From Lama guanicoe (lineage: Eukaryota), in contig MU053911.1 of assembly GCA_013239625.1 (NCBI GenBank), positions 943,590 through 1,007,589 of the forward strand: 64,000 nt of DNA, written 5' to 3'. The notes beneath the pieces are model-generated. The model had not been told where the DNA came from, made no database searches, and was given only the letters and a program-made list of their open reading frames with translations. The translations under genes and the position numbers were made by a program. Shown one piece after another: positions 50,330-62,255 of this stretch (the stretch's first letter is position 1; the number at the start of each line of letters is the position of its first letter).

Positions 50330-51380
50330 AAATACAACACACTTTACCATCTTAAGCAGTTTTTAAGTGTCCATTGTTTGATGCTAGGCATATTCACACT
50401 GTTGTGAGACAGAGCTCCAGAACTTGTTCATCTTGCAAAACTGAAACTATGGATTAAATATCCCCCTTTCCCCCCTTCCCCTCGGTCCCTGGCACAACCG
50501 TTCTTCCTGCTTCTATGAACTGGACAATTCTCGGTCCCGCCTATGAGCACACTCACATGGCACTTGTCTTTTTGTGGCTGGTTTATTTTACTTCGCATAA
50601 TATCCTCAGGGTTCATCTATGTTGTGGTCTGTGTGACAGGATTTCCTCCTTATTAAAAGCTGGCTAGCAACCAGTGGATGTACACACCACATTTTGTTAA
50701 TCAGCTTATCCATTTATGGGCGTTTGGGTTGCCCCCACCTCTTGGCTGTCGTAAATAATCCTGCTAGGAACGTGGTGCGCAAGCATCTCTTTGAGACCCT
50801 GCCTTCAGTGTTCTGAGTGTGTTCCCAGAAGTGAGACTGCAGGATCACACAGCGGGTCTACATCTGAGGACCCTCCGTGTTGCTCTCTGCAGCCTGTGCC
50901 CCATTTTACAGCCTCACCAACAGTGCACGGGTCCCCGTTTCTCCACGTTCTGACCATCACTTGTTATTTTCTGGGTTTTGGGTGGATTGAGGTTTTGTGG
51001 TTTTGATCTGCATTTTTCTGATGATTAGTGATGCCAAGTAACTTTTCACGTGCCTGTTGGCCATTTCTGTGTCATCTTTGGAGAAATGTCTATTCAAGCC
51101 CTCTGCCCATTTTTCATCAGGTTTTTCCATTTTTCCTGTTGAGCTGTATATTCTTTTTATATTCTTGATAATAACCCCTCCTCTGATACATGATTTTCAA
51201 ATATTCTCACACAGTCCGTAGGTCGCCTTTCCACTGCTGACCGTGTCCTGTGAAGAACCAGTTCTTAATTTTAGCGTGGTCCCACTTGCCTGTATGCGCT
51301 TTGTGGCAGGTGCTTTTGGTGTCCTGTCCAAGACAGCACGGCCACGTCCAGGGTCCTGAGGAGTTTTGCTGGTTTTTCTC
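50330..51380 (-). mobile_element. L1 (L1M-type) ORF2 3' region and 3'UTR
   Basis: ttttgatctgcatttttctgatgattagtgatg...ttggagaaatgtctattcaag and cacttgtctttttgtggctggtttatttt. Confidence 0.85.
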
Positions 51381-53032
51381 CTCCATGTGGGATGAGGACG
51401 ATGATGACTGCATGGCCCTTATTTTTTTCTCTTTTTTTCCATTTTTCTTTAAATTTAGGTATAATTAACATACAGGTGCTCTGCTCGTCTCACGCAATCC
51501 TTCTGTGAAACAAATGACATGATCAAGAGAAAAGCAGTACATTTTAAATCTCTACGTACAAAAAAGGAAGGAAATTCAAGATATTACACTTGTCAGTGAG
51601 GCGCTCGTGACCCCCGCTGCACTTACAATGGCGAAGTGTTGGTGCTTTAACCTGCTCAGAAGGGAGAATTTCTATTATTTTTTTAAATTGTGTGCTGTTC
51701 TAAAATCCACTCATTCAACACACACCCGTTAATCACCACGACACAGGAGGGGGTTCGAAGCCCCGTCCGTGTTCAGACGTGCGGACACTTTCTTCATGTG
51801 AAACCCATCGGTCCGCGGAGAAAATGAACTCACGGCAGAGTTAAACAGCAAGGAGAATAAAGAAACAAGGAAAAATAGAGAAGAAAGGTGACAGGAATAA
51901 AAGTTTCAGGTGAAGCAAAACAAATATGTTTAATCAGAGTTGCAGTGAAACCCCGCCGTCACACGAGCGATCTTTTCACAGCAATCCTCGCACAACCTGC
52001 CCACTGGAGACTCGGGGCTCCGGTCGCTGGAACACCTTGCCCGTCAACGCTTCCATGCTGGAAAGTTGGATTTCACATGAAGGAAATGACTAAGTTTGAA
52101 AGGCTCTAGGTTTAACGTGACTCACATGCCCGTAGGATGAACAGACCTGAACACTGTGTTATGATTTGTGTATTTGCACTTCAAATTCTCGGAGGATTTA
52201 ACAGTATGAGACCAAAGATTGGATTTTTCCAAATCACACAGAAGCCTTAATCCAAGCTGAGTCTAATTAAAGGATGAGTGGGGTGAACTCCACGACTTTG
52301 CAGCACAGCCATGTTTGCCGACTCCAGAAGGGTTGGTGCAAGACTGGCACGGAGGCTTCCGGGCCCTGGGTGGTGAGGGTGGGGCTGAGGGGAGTCAGCA
52401 ACGCTTTTCCAGGCCCCTCGAGTTACTGACTTAGTTTTACTGTAAGCCGTTCACTAACTTACGAAAAAAGTGTCAAGTTAACAACAAAGGGTGTTAATTC
52501 CATCTGGATTACTGGCAGTGTGATTTCCCGCCACAATCAAGACTTTATTCAAACAACCTAGATGCCTCCACCTGGTTCTATGAGACCCTTCAGGTCCATT
52601 TTTGCTTCCCCCATTGGACCAGAGCCCATCTGAAGCCACCCTACTGGGCTTCAGGCAGGCACCCATTTGAGAAGTCGGCAAAGGGTGTCTTTGGGGTTCC
52701 ATATTTCCTTCTCAGGTACCAAGTTCCACCCTGCATCTTTTTATGAACTTCATTCTTTAGTAACCAATCCCAGCAAGACTCCAGGAAAAGAACCCAGAAC
52801 AGAGGACATGATGCAGCCACAGAATTTAGGGGAGGTATGAAAAAACGTAACATAGAATGTGTGCTTCCTAGCCCAGCAGTACCTCGTGAATAACAACGTG
52901 CTGGGAAACGTTGGTGTTAGGAGGATGGGCCGGGTACATGTGCCGCTCAAAGATTGTGCTGCACGCCAGAAATCAGCACATCACTTAAACTGACGAGACT
53001 TCAACAACAAAGAATGAAAAGAAGAAGAAGAA

Positions 53033-53158
53033 GGGGGGTGGCGTGTAGCTCAGTGGTAGAGCATGTGCCTAGCATGCACAAGGTCCTGGGTTCAAATCCC
53101 AGGACTTCCACTAACAGTAAATAAATAAAAAGCTAATTACGCCCATCCCCAAAAGAAA
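53033..53158 (+). mobile_element. tRNA-derived SINE
   Basis: gtagctcagtggtagagcatgtgcctagcatgcacaaggtcctgggttcaaatccc plus tail. Directly preceded by a short L1 tail (about 52950-53030). Confidence 0.85.
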
Positions 53159-53789
53159 CCCATGCAGGGTTATCGGCAAGGTCACCAGGGAGATATCCCT
53201 GGGCGGGGTCTCCCAACACCCCAAAGGGGACCACGTACCATCCCCTACCTCGGGCTGAGTCAGGGGGGTCTTTTCGGGCCTCTGCTGGCCATGTTCAGAG
53301 GTAGGGAGTTACCCACGGATCCGTTAGGCTTTTAGACCTCTTTGATCTACACACACGAAGGCAAGACACCAGGCCTCCACTTTCCCAAATGTTCGAGGCC
53401 ACCAGGTCCCATCCGCACCCTCCCCCATGTGCCGTTTCCCAACTCACTCCACTGGGGCCTCAGACTCTGCCTCCAGCCTGGCGTTTGCCCCGACCGCAGG
53501 CTGCCTGGGCTCCCTTCTCTGCCCCATGGCGTCTCTTACACACAGTTGGTCCTTGTGCGTCTGGTCTCTCCTCCTTGCTACCGTCTTCCCACTTTGGTGC
53601 CAACCCTCCCTCCCAAGGAAGTGTCCGCCACCACCTTGTCTTCCTTCTCCTCCCCTTGTCACCATCCTCGCTCTGACCCGTCAAGGTCACCAAAGTGTAA
53701 CTGGTGGTGCAGGGAACAGCTTCTCACAAGGCATTTGGACTTTAAAAGTTTTTTTGGTTTTTTTGGCATTCTTTTTTCTTGAAGTATGG

Positions 53790-53955
53790 TCAATAAAAAA
53801 GTTTTAAGACTTTTTAAAAATTGACTAAACATAGTTCACAATGTTGTGTCAGTTTCTGGTGCCCAGAATCATGTTTCAGACATACGTATACACACAATAT
53901 ATTCGTTTTCATATTCTTTTTCGTTACAGGTTACTACATGACACTGAATATGGTG
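53790..53955 (-). mobile_element. L1 3' tail
   Basis: Reverse of the tail: caatgttgtgtcagtttctggtg...attcgttttcatattcttttt...ggttactac. Confidence 0.75.
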
Positions 53956-54064
53956 TCGTCAGCTCCATGGTGGTTTACTTAGAAAAAAGAGAAATTTCAT
54001 GGTGAAATATCCAAGTCTGAACCATGAGATTTAATTTTTAAGTATATGTTCCCTGCATTTATAC

Positions 54065-54186
54065 CCTAGTCATCTCATCAAGACAACCTCAAGCACAAGG
54101 ATGTGCCTTCCTTGTCTTCCTCTTGCAGCTCCTCCCTTGCCTTGTCCAAGTCCCAGACACAGAAAAGACGCTTAATAAATACACAG
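54065..54186 (+). mobile_element. L2 3' end fragment
   Basis: gtcccagacacagaaaagacgcttaataaata terminus. Confidence 0.45.
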
Positions 54187-55779
54187 CCATCAGGAGCTGT
54201 CTTCTGTATTCACACTTGTCCTTCTTCCAAAAGGTGATACTCTTCTTGTGGTTGAGGAAATAAAGACACACAAAGAAAGGCCAGAGTTCCCAGAGCCCTT
54301 CGCTGCTAGAGTGGAAGCAGTGCCTCCTCCCTGGAGTGCAGGCTGAACCATGTTCTCAGTTTCTCTCCGAAGAACCACTCTGGGCGCAGAACAAAATCTG
54401 ATGAACCTGCTTTAGCCTAAGACTTGACTTCCTTCTCCCCACCCATCCCACAAACCCCTCCATAAAATTACTGAATTTCTGAAGGAAACGGCATTCGATA
54501 CGCTTAGTATAAACTTTAATAATGCCTGAGACTTTTTTCCGATCAAATATCCCAGGTGAGGAAGATCAATTTATAGACATTTAATTGCCTCTCAAATAAT
54601 GTTTCTGAGATCAAAAGCACTTTAACCTTCTAAAGCACAAGAAAAAGAGAAAAAAAACCTCTTACACATAAAATAACACATCATTTCCTAAACCAAGGGG
54701 GGCGGAAACCTCACGCACCTTTGCAGATGCCTGATTTGACAAGCCACAGCCAGAAGGGGCTTTTTTGGCTGATGAGTGAACAGCTGGGAGGAATCGTCCC
54801 AGAAGAGAAAGGTCTGTTCCTGTTGCCACGCCCAGCACGTAGCTTCCTGGGTAGTCACCCCGGACCCTCCCTGGTCCACCTCTTTTATCACGATCGGCGT
54901 CTCAGGCCAAACGTGCAGTTTGCAGCCTGGCCATACAAAAATCCAGGGAAAAGGACAATCAGATACTTGTGGGCAAAAAATATAGAAAGTAAATTAGAAA
55001 TAAGGGGCCATCTCAACCCACAGGTATGAAACACTGTTAAATTACAGATGGCCCACAATTTCTCCATCAGCCCGAGCGTCTCACCCCACCTCCCTGCATC
55101 GTCCAAAGTTAACCTAACACGAGTGCCAGATCTGAGGCTTCTCAAATCCCGCTTTCTCTGAGCAAAGATGAGCAAGAAAGGAGAAGGCTGAAACTGGTCA
55201 AGAGGCTCCAGAAATGAATGAAGGTGTTGGAGCTTATAAATACTACATCCTAACACGGTCTAAGAGAGGCCTCTGCTGGTCAGACAGGAGGTGGGATGAG
55301 GGGGAATTGTCCCATCTGTGGACACCTCCCTCCTCATGCAGGTGCCCTGCCACCGCCACTCTTGGAGATGCCAGTTTTGGGACCTGTCAGGCGTGGAGAT
55401 CTCACAGCCCAGGACACACCTTACACACGGCCACATGGGGGCAGGTGGGCGTCCGCCTCCGTGATCTCACCTGAACTTCCCAACCAGCCCACGGAGTCAG
55501 GCAGCCCTCAGGTGCTCATCTCAGAGCCGAAAGAAGTGGAGTTCACAGGAACTGGAGGAGCTGTTAGAATTGGACCAATCCCTTTTGCTGGGGCTCTTCC
55601 CGCCCATTTGCTGGCCTCCCACGTGATAAGGTGGTTTTAGGGTTTGTTTTTCTAAAGCCTCATAGAAAGAAACAAGAGCAAGAGATTAAATGCTCGGTGC
55701 AGAGCTGATGGTTATCGACATAGCTCCACCGACTTGAAACCTCATCTCTCAGCCTGCTGACACCACGGGGCTGTGCAGA

Positions 55780-56670
55780 AAGCGAGGAGCACCCCCCCCC
55801 GGGAGGGAGGGGCGCTTCGGGGAGAGGGCCCCCCGCGACCCGGGAGGGGGACCCCGGGCCGCAGGCCACGCTGCACCGCTCCGTCCTTCGTGCTCACCTG
55901 TCTGGGGACGGAGACCTCTTACTGAAATCCAGTATTTGCATTTGACTTTTAATTTTCTGAATTCTCCATGAAAACTCCCTTCACGGGAGTTCAGCTTCTG
56001 AGAAGACTGCATCACTTCTTTCGGCTCCGCCTTCTGCCGCTCGCGTCTCTCTCGGGTCGCAGCACAGGAAGGTGCGCGCTGTGACTGACAGGACGGAGGG
56101 AAAATACACATTCGTGTATTTCAAGTGGGGGCGAGGGGAGACATCTGTTTCCTTTCCAGGAAGCGTTTCTCCCACAGAACAAGGGAAAGGGCGCCACTGC
56201 CAGCCCAGCCCTGCCCTGGGGTGGGGGTGCTGAACTGGGGGTGGGGGGCACCCCATCCCCACGGCAGGAGGGATGCGGGGCAGGTCTGTGCCCGGGAAGC
56301 CAGGTGCCCCCCCCCACTGCAAAGTCCCACCCTCCTCCTCATTTCCTGCCGGAAACCAGATTCACACCCAGGAAGCTGGAAGTAGGTCCTCGCCAGAACA
56401 GTCGCGCTCTGTTAGTTCCGGAAAGGGGGCCTCTCCTGGGCGCAGTCTCGCCAATGCCCCCCTCGTCTTCTTCCTCGCGGGCCCGCCTCGGGGTTAGGGT
56501 GTCCGTCCACGCTGGGCCCCACAGCCAGCCCCCACCCCCGCCGGGCACCAGCCCGGGGAGACGTCGGGAAATCTAACCCGGGAGGCGAGACTTTCACGGC
56601 GCCCAGCCCGCCGCGCCCACCGCGCAAAGCCCGAACGGCTGGGCGCTTATGCCTGCCAAGGTCCTCCGTG
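55780..56670. promoter_or_regulatory. Intergenic CpG-rich island
   Basis: CpG-dense with GC-box-like runs (56590-56650), between the 3' ends of FZD8 and GJD4. Confidence 0.5.
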
Positions 56671-56960
56671 GTCTGAAAGGCCCATATCTAAGAGACAGTC
56701 CCGAGCACGGGAGACTTGGGTCCAGGCCCCTGTCAGTGAGTTCTCCTCATCCCGGTCACCTCCTTTCTCTTCCCTGCAGCCCCAGGACGTCCGAGGACCC
56801 CAGCCAACAGCCATGCTTCGCCTTACTCCCCTGCGACCGGTTCCTTGGCCACTAAGGATATGTTAAGCCCCTCCCGTGGGGCAGGTACCCAGGAAACGTT
56901 TGCTGCCTGAGGCAAACGCTGGCCAGCTGTTGGCCCAAACCTTCCCTCCTTCTTCCTGGA

Positions 56961-57247
56961 CAGTCATCCCTACTGTCTGCAGGGGGATTGGTTCCCAAAT
57001 CCCTGGATGCTCAAGTCCCTTACATAAAATGGCCTAATATTTGCACATAACCTGCCACATCCTCCTGTAAACCATCTCCGGATGACTTATAACACCTAAT
57101 ACAATGTAAATGCTAGGCAAATAGTTGTCTGCATGCAGCAAACTCAAGTTTTGCTTTGGGGGACTTTCTGGAATTTTTTCAAAAATACTTTAGATCCATG
57201 GTGGATTGACTCTGAGGCTGGAACCGGTGGATTCGGAGGGCTGGCTG
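56961..57247 (+). mobile_element. MER2-like Tigger MITE
   Basis: TIRs cagtcatccct... / ...gagggctggctg. Internal ggatgctcaagtccctta.ataaaatgg. Confidence 0.75.
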
Positions 57248-58534
57248 TCTAACTAGGCCATCTTTTGTGGCCTCCTGAGCAGTCAGGTCCCAGCTCTGGC
57301 CGGCTGTGTGGTCCTCCTCCAGGCCTGGCCTTGGAACAGGTCTTGTCTTTGCCACAGAAATCTTGGCACCGCAGGCAGACGACGGTGCAGCCAGAGGATG
57401 GAAGGATCCCTGAACCGCCACCCAGAGGAATGCTGCCCATCAGTCAAGAAACTCCGTACTTTCACGAAGCTTCCGTGTGAAGTGTCTAAGACTGGAGTGA
57501 GCTGCTACACCAGGCGCAATCACCTTAACTCCCGCCGCCTCTGCCGCGGGCAGTGGGTGACTCAGGGACACCGGCCTATGAGCCCTCTTGCGTTCACCTC
57601 GTGTGCAGAAGATGTGAGAAGCAGGCTGGAGTCTTGAAAGCAGGATGGCAGCCACACCATCTTTTTATTTCACCTTTTGGATGCAGTCTCAGATTCCCTC
57701 TCCCCTTAAAACGACTAGAAAAGATCTTTAAAGGCTTCAACACCTAAGTTACAAACCAGGGTGTTTACAGTGTCCTGTGTGAGAGCAGAGACAAGGCGGT
57801 CACAGTTGAAGGCTGGGTTCCCTGGATGCCTTGGTCCTCTGTGTCACTATTTGCTGGCGTAAAGGGCAGCTCCTCTTCCTCCACCTTGGGGACCACAGGC
57901 TCTTCATCCACATCAGGAGGATACCCAGCGGCTCTTCCTCACCCCCTGACGCACGTGAGCAGGTTTACCCTGTTCCACAGCAGCCCTTACCGCCTCGCTG
58001 TGTCCTTCGAGTAGCCGCTGAAGGCAGCACGCAAGCACAAACAGACTTACACTCCATGAACTCGGCAGCACCTGGACCAGAGAACCAGGGGAGGCGGAAA
58101 CAGAGGCAACCATGCGGAGCTCACCTGAGAGGGGAGGCCGGTGTCTCTAGGGCGCCCCTCCAGGAGCTTCAGCACAGACCTGGAGAAGGGTCTCACCTGC
58201 TCCCCAGGACGGGAGGTGAAGGCCCTCGGGGCAGCCCTAACTGGTCACGGCTCCCTCCCACAGGCAGAGCCGGGGCTGGGAAACGTGTGACAGTCCTAGC
58301 AGCCCAAGTGCTCCCTCTGCTCAGTGGGAACAGCCACTCAGCCAACAGACCCAGCGACACAGCCAGCCAGCACCCCCATCCCGTGCACCTCACACCCACA
58401 TGCAGTAGCAAGCCAAGATGCCCACAAAAGCAAGCCCCCAGTGTTTTCCGGCCGTATTTCCTGCGTCCGAGGTTCCGCCCATACACAACACAGTGAAGCG
58501 GGAAGTGTGAGATCACAGCGCACTCGGCGTTAAT

Positions 58535-58540
58535 TTTATT
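58535..58540 (-). terminator. GJD4 polyadenylation signal
   Basis: TTTATT on + (AATAAA on -), about 400 nt past the GJD4 stop. Confidence 0.6.
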
Positions 58541-58689
58541 ACAGGCGTTGGGAGAAGTGAAACTAACGTGGCTCTATTGATGCGTAACAGACACCCTTCT
58601 TGGCTAAGCAGGAAAACAAACCAAAACGCTTCAAACCTCGTAATAATTCACCGGGAAACATTTTAAAACATGAACTAGCTCTGTGAACG

Positions 58690-59780
58690 CAAGAGACCGT
58701 GCTTTTCAAGAAGCACCTGCCGCAGGCGAGGAAGACCGCAGCGCGCAGGCTCGGACCTGCTGCGCGCCCGGCATCCCTGCAGCTCCCACCCGCCCTGGAG
58801 CGCTGGAAGGCGTCACTGGAATTAAATCTCCAGTGTCCCCCAGCAGGGCCTCCGCGGGAGTCCGTCTATCCCGCCAGCCCCCACTTCTGGGGGTGGATGC
58901 TCTGCATCCCGGTGCCCCGCGCTCCCGGGGCGGGACTCCGGCGCTCACACCCACTCGGACTTGCCCGGACCCGGGAGCGGGGCGCGCGGCGGGCCGGGCC
59001 GCTCCTCCCGCCCGGCGGCGGCCGCCTCTCTGGGTCTGGGCACCGGCAGCTGGTCGCTGGCCGAGGACAGCGCGTCACTCTCGTCCTCCCCCGGCAGCTC
59101 CAGGCGCCCCCGCGCGGCAGGCATCCCTGCGGGGCTGTGCGCGCCCTGTCCTTCCGTCCGTGGCCCCGGGCGAGCACGCGCCCCTCGCCCCTCGGCTACC
59201 CCGTCCCGGTGTCCCTCCAGCGCTGCGTCCCCGGCCACCGGCCACGGCCTCCTCGTGGCCCGGCCGGGTCGCCCGCGGATCTTCCAGCGCGCGCTGCAGA
59301 CCAGGTCGGCAACACTGAGCAGGAAGGACAGCGCGCAGGCCGCCCAGACGAAGAGCATCAGGATGGACTTCTCTGTGGGCCGAGAGACGTAACAGTCCAC
59401 CACGCTGGTGCACGGAGGGTGCGTGCATGAGAATCTCTTGGGGACCAAGAATCCAAAGAGGAGGTAATGCAGGGCACCGAAAGCTGCCTCCGTCAGGGTC
59501 CGCAGGCAGAGGTGGACCAGGTAGCCGGAAGAGAAGTCCGGCACCAGTAGCCAGTGCCTGGCCCCAGGGGTCAGCTCAGGGGCGTGGTGGTCCCCGGGGA
59601 CACCATCCGGCCCACGGGGTCCACGCGCTGCCAGCTCGGCTCCTTTGTGCAGCACGTAGACACTGAAGACCGCGGAGGGGAGGAGGACAGACACGCTGTG
59701 GAGCAGCCAGAACCGCAGGTGGGACACGGGGGAGAAGATGTCGTAGCAGACGTTGGCGCATCCCGGCTGCAGAGTGTTGC
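58690..59780. promoter_or_regulatory. CpG island over GJD4 exon 2
   Basis: GC- and CpG-dense segment. Confidence 0.75.
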
Positions 59781-59876
59781 ATACAAACCTCTCCTGCTCA
59801 TCCTGGTAAACGGGTGACCCAGCCAGGACCAGCACCACCATCCTCAACAGTACCATGAAGACCAGCCAGATCTTCC
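58945..59876 (-). CDS. GJD4: Gap junction protein delta 4, coding exon 2 (spliced total 331 aa)
   Basis: Acceptor cttcctctttccag|GG completes Gly in phase 1. Connexin signatures VYQDEQERFVCNTLQPGCANVCYD and CTHPPCTSVVDCYVSRPTEK, four TM segments, C-terminus KSEWV. Intron 59877-62191. Confidence 0.95.
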
Positions 59877-60060
59877 CTGGAAAGAGGAAGTGGGGAGCAC
59901 CGTTACAGTCGGACAGACACATCTCCTCCCAGCAACAGCTGTTAAGCCGTCCTGGGACTGAGAGTGCAGACCTCAGTGGGCGGGCGTGTGTTTCAGTCAC
60001 AGCCACAGTGGCGGCCAATTAGCTCACCGGACAGCTCTAACGAGCACTTAGAGCGCGCCG

Positions 60061-60483
60061 AGGTCTGTGCGGAGATATTGCGTGTTCAGGTGCAGACCAC
60101 TGTGATGCAGTGAGTCACATGGATTTTTTTTGTTTCCCCGAGCATATAAAAGTTATGTTTTCACCATGTCTTAGTCTATGAAGTGTGCAATAGCATTATT
60201 TAAAAAGTACATTCCTTGATCAAAAAAATACTTTGTTGCTAAAAAACGCTAACCATCCTCTGAGCCTTCAGCCAGTGGTGGTAGTAACATCAAAGACCCA
60301 CTAACCACACATCCCCACAACAAATATAATGATAGTGAAAAAGTTTGAAATACTGTGAGAATTACCGAAATCTGACACAGAGACATGAAGTTAACACAGG
60401 GCTGCCACAAACCTTCAACTTGTAAAAAACAACAACAACAAAAAAACAGTATCCGCAAAGCATGATGAAAGGAGGTGTGCCTG
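60061..60483 (-). mobile_element. Tigger1-family internal deletion derivative (GJD4 intron)
   Basis: ggagatattgcg...cagaccac at one end and gggctgccacaaaccttcaa.ttgtaaaaa...gaggtgtgcctg-ta at the other. Confidence 0.75.
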
Positions 60484-60718
60484 TAATTGTAAAATGCTTT
60501 GAAATTGGCAGATTTAAAGAATCACAGATACTAAAATGTTTAATCTTGCTCTGCTGGTTCAGCCTGGTAGTGTCTCCTGGACAGAAAGATCTAGAAAGGG
60601 GCTGCTGTAAATAAAGTCCTCCTCTCAGATGAGTGAGCTTTTTAAAGAGTGCTAGCACATTCCTGTAAGTGCACAGCAAATCCAAGCTCTTAACTTTGGT
60701 GCGTTTTCTCTGTGATAA

Positions 60719-61177
60719 TGAGGCAGGAAGCCCCATGAAAAAGACCAGCAGGGCCCCCAGGCAGGGCCACTACTCTCCTGCCAGCACCATTTGGTTCCCT
60801 GGCCTGGTGGCATTCTCTCGCTTTTTGCCTCTGAAATGGCTTACTTCTAGGAAAGTGGAACTTACCCCTAAAATTCTGTTGATTCCCTGAGCTCACTCCT
60901 GATTGGTTCTTTCGCTTCTGATTGGTCCATTTCTACAAAACTTATTCCTAATTAGTCAACTTCTGTTATACCTTATTTGCATATGATGTTGCAAAGTATA
61001 AACTGGCAGCCTATAAATGCCTGTGTAAACCTGCAGAAGGCGTCCAGAGCTTGGAGTGCTAACTCCTCTGGGCCTGCTGCTGTGATGAACCTGAGCTCTC
61101 CCGTGGAGCGCTGCTTGGTCTCTCGCCTGGATCCAGGCTGCTGTCACAGCTGAGCTGTAACACGCTTTTCTGCAATA
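60719..61177 (+). mobile_element. Solo LTR of the same family, in the GJD4 intron, antisense to GJD4
   Basis: Starts TGAGGCAGGAAGCCCC and shares 'ccccaggcagggccactactctc.tgccagcaccat' and 'cttacccctaaaattctgtt' with the 2586 copy. Near 4-bp TSD ataa/atag. Confidence 0.8.
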
Positions 61178-61749
61178 ATAGTCCACACAACCTCTATTTA
61201 ATCACAAGGCTTGTATTTAATGTTGCCTTATGGTCCTTGCAGTCGAATTTCTTGAAGGACATTCAAGTTTTCAGACTTTCCATTAATTCAGAATTCCTTT
61301 CCCCCAATTCCACCTGTTAAGAACTGAGGTTTGTCATGAATCAGCATGGCTAACCCAGAAGTCAAAGTAACCTCCAAGTCCAATTTTCATGTCATGAGTC
61401 AACTACTTTGGATCAAGTTTAAGGCCCAGTCAAAATAAGTTGTAAATATTTTGTTCTGTGGTGAGACACGGAATCATCACCCGATCTCAGAAACACTAAT
61501 GTCTGTTATAAAGGGGGGCAGTTAAGTACAAGGGGAAGAGGATCATCACACAAGGAAGTAACATGCTCAGACTTTGAAGACCAAGTTGACTTTGTTTAAA
61601 CTCTACAAAACAAGGAATGAGAAAAATACCAACCACTTCATGGCATGTTATAATCCTTTTCTCAATCCTTTTTACTAGGATACCCACTCCTCTCTGAAAA
61701 TTTGACTAGGCTGCAGCAAACTGAGAACACTTTTCTTCTTTCTTTGTTA

Positions 61750-61773
61750 AAATAAATAAATAAATAAATAAAC
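61750..61773 (+). repeat. (TAAA)n microsatellite
   Basis: Read directly from the sequence. Confidence 0.8.
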
Positions 61774-62191
61774 TAAAATTGGGACTTGGTTTAAAGTGCG
61801 CAAGAGAACTTACTAATCTTTACAAATTAAGCTTCAATTAAGCTTCAAATTAAGCTTTAAAAGATGAGCAAGAAAGCTCACTCAAGGCATGAATTTCTCT
61901 TTGGCTGGAATGTACCTACTCCTGGTAATGTAGCCGGAGAAAAATTACACAAAAATACACCTTCCACCTGCTCAGCCCCCAGGTGTTAGCAAGAAGAGAC
62001 CCCTTGAGAGAAAGATGTCTGACTCCTAAGACATCCTCAAATGACAGTGGCTTCTCCCTAAGTGATGGGGAATTAGGAGGAACTGAGCCACTGCTCCGGT
62101 GCCCCAGCAACAGGCAGCCCTTCCCGGCGGAAGGACCAGAAAAGGGAGCAGAGGAGGCAGAGCGTGTGCTCCATGGGGCTTGCACACTCAC

Positions 62192-62255
62192 CCACGACGG
62201 TCACGTTGCAGCTTAAGGTGATGGCGAGGAAGCCCAGCAGGTCCGGCCGGTCCAT
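62192..62255 (-). CDS. GJD4: Gap junction protein delta 4, coding exon 1 (MDRPDLLGFLAITLSCNVTVV-G)
   Basis: Matches the GJD4-type N-terminus (DLLGFL..TL.CNVT.VG). Ends at a perfect donor G|GTGAGT, phase 1, GT at 62191-62190. Confidence 0.92.

Noticed and set aside
25341..53158. tRNA-Ala-like sequences as tRNA genes
   Set aside because: Diverged stems, A-rich tails and TSDs identify them as SINE copies.
5160..53350. Scattered CTTTGAT TCF/LEF motifs
   Set aside because: The number seen is about what chance gives for a 7-mer on both strands of 64 kb.
52500..53730. Possible minus-strand old LTR
   Set aside because: Only weak cues (reverse AATAAA, TG-like end); I could not define a family or boundaries.
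59877..60018. N-terminal part of the 357-aa single-exon connexin ORF
   Set aside because: Intronic read-through. A proper acceptor at 59877 and a separate exon 1 supply the real N-terminus.
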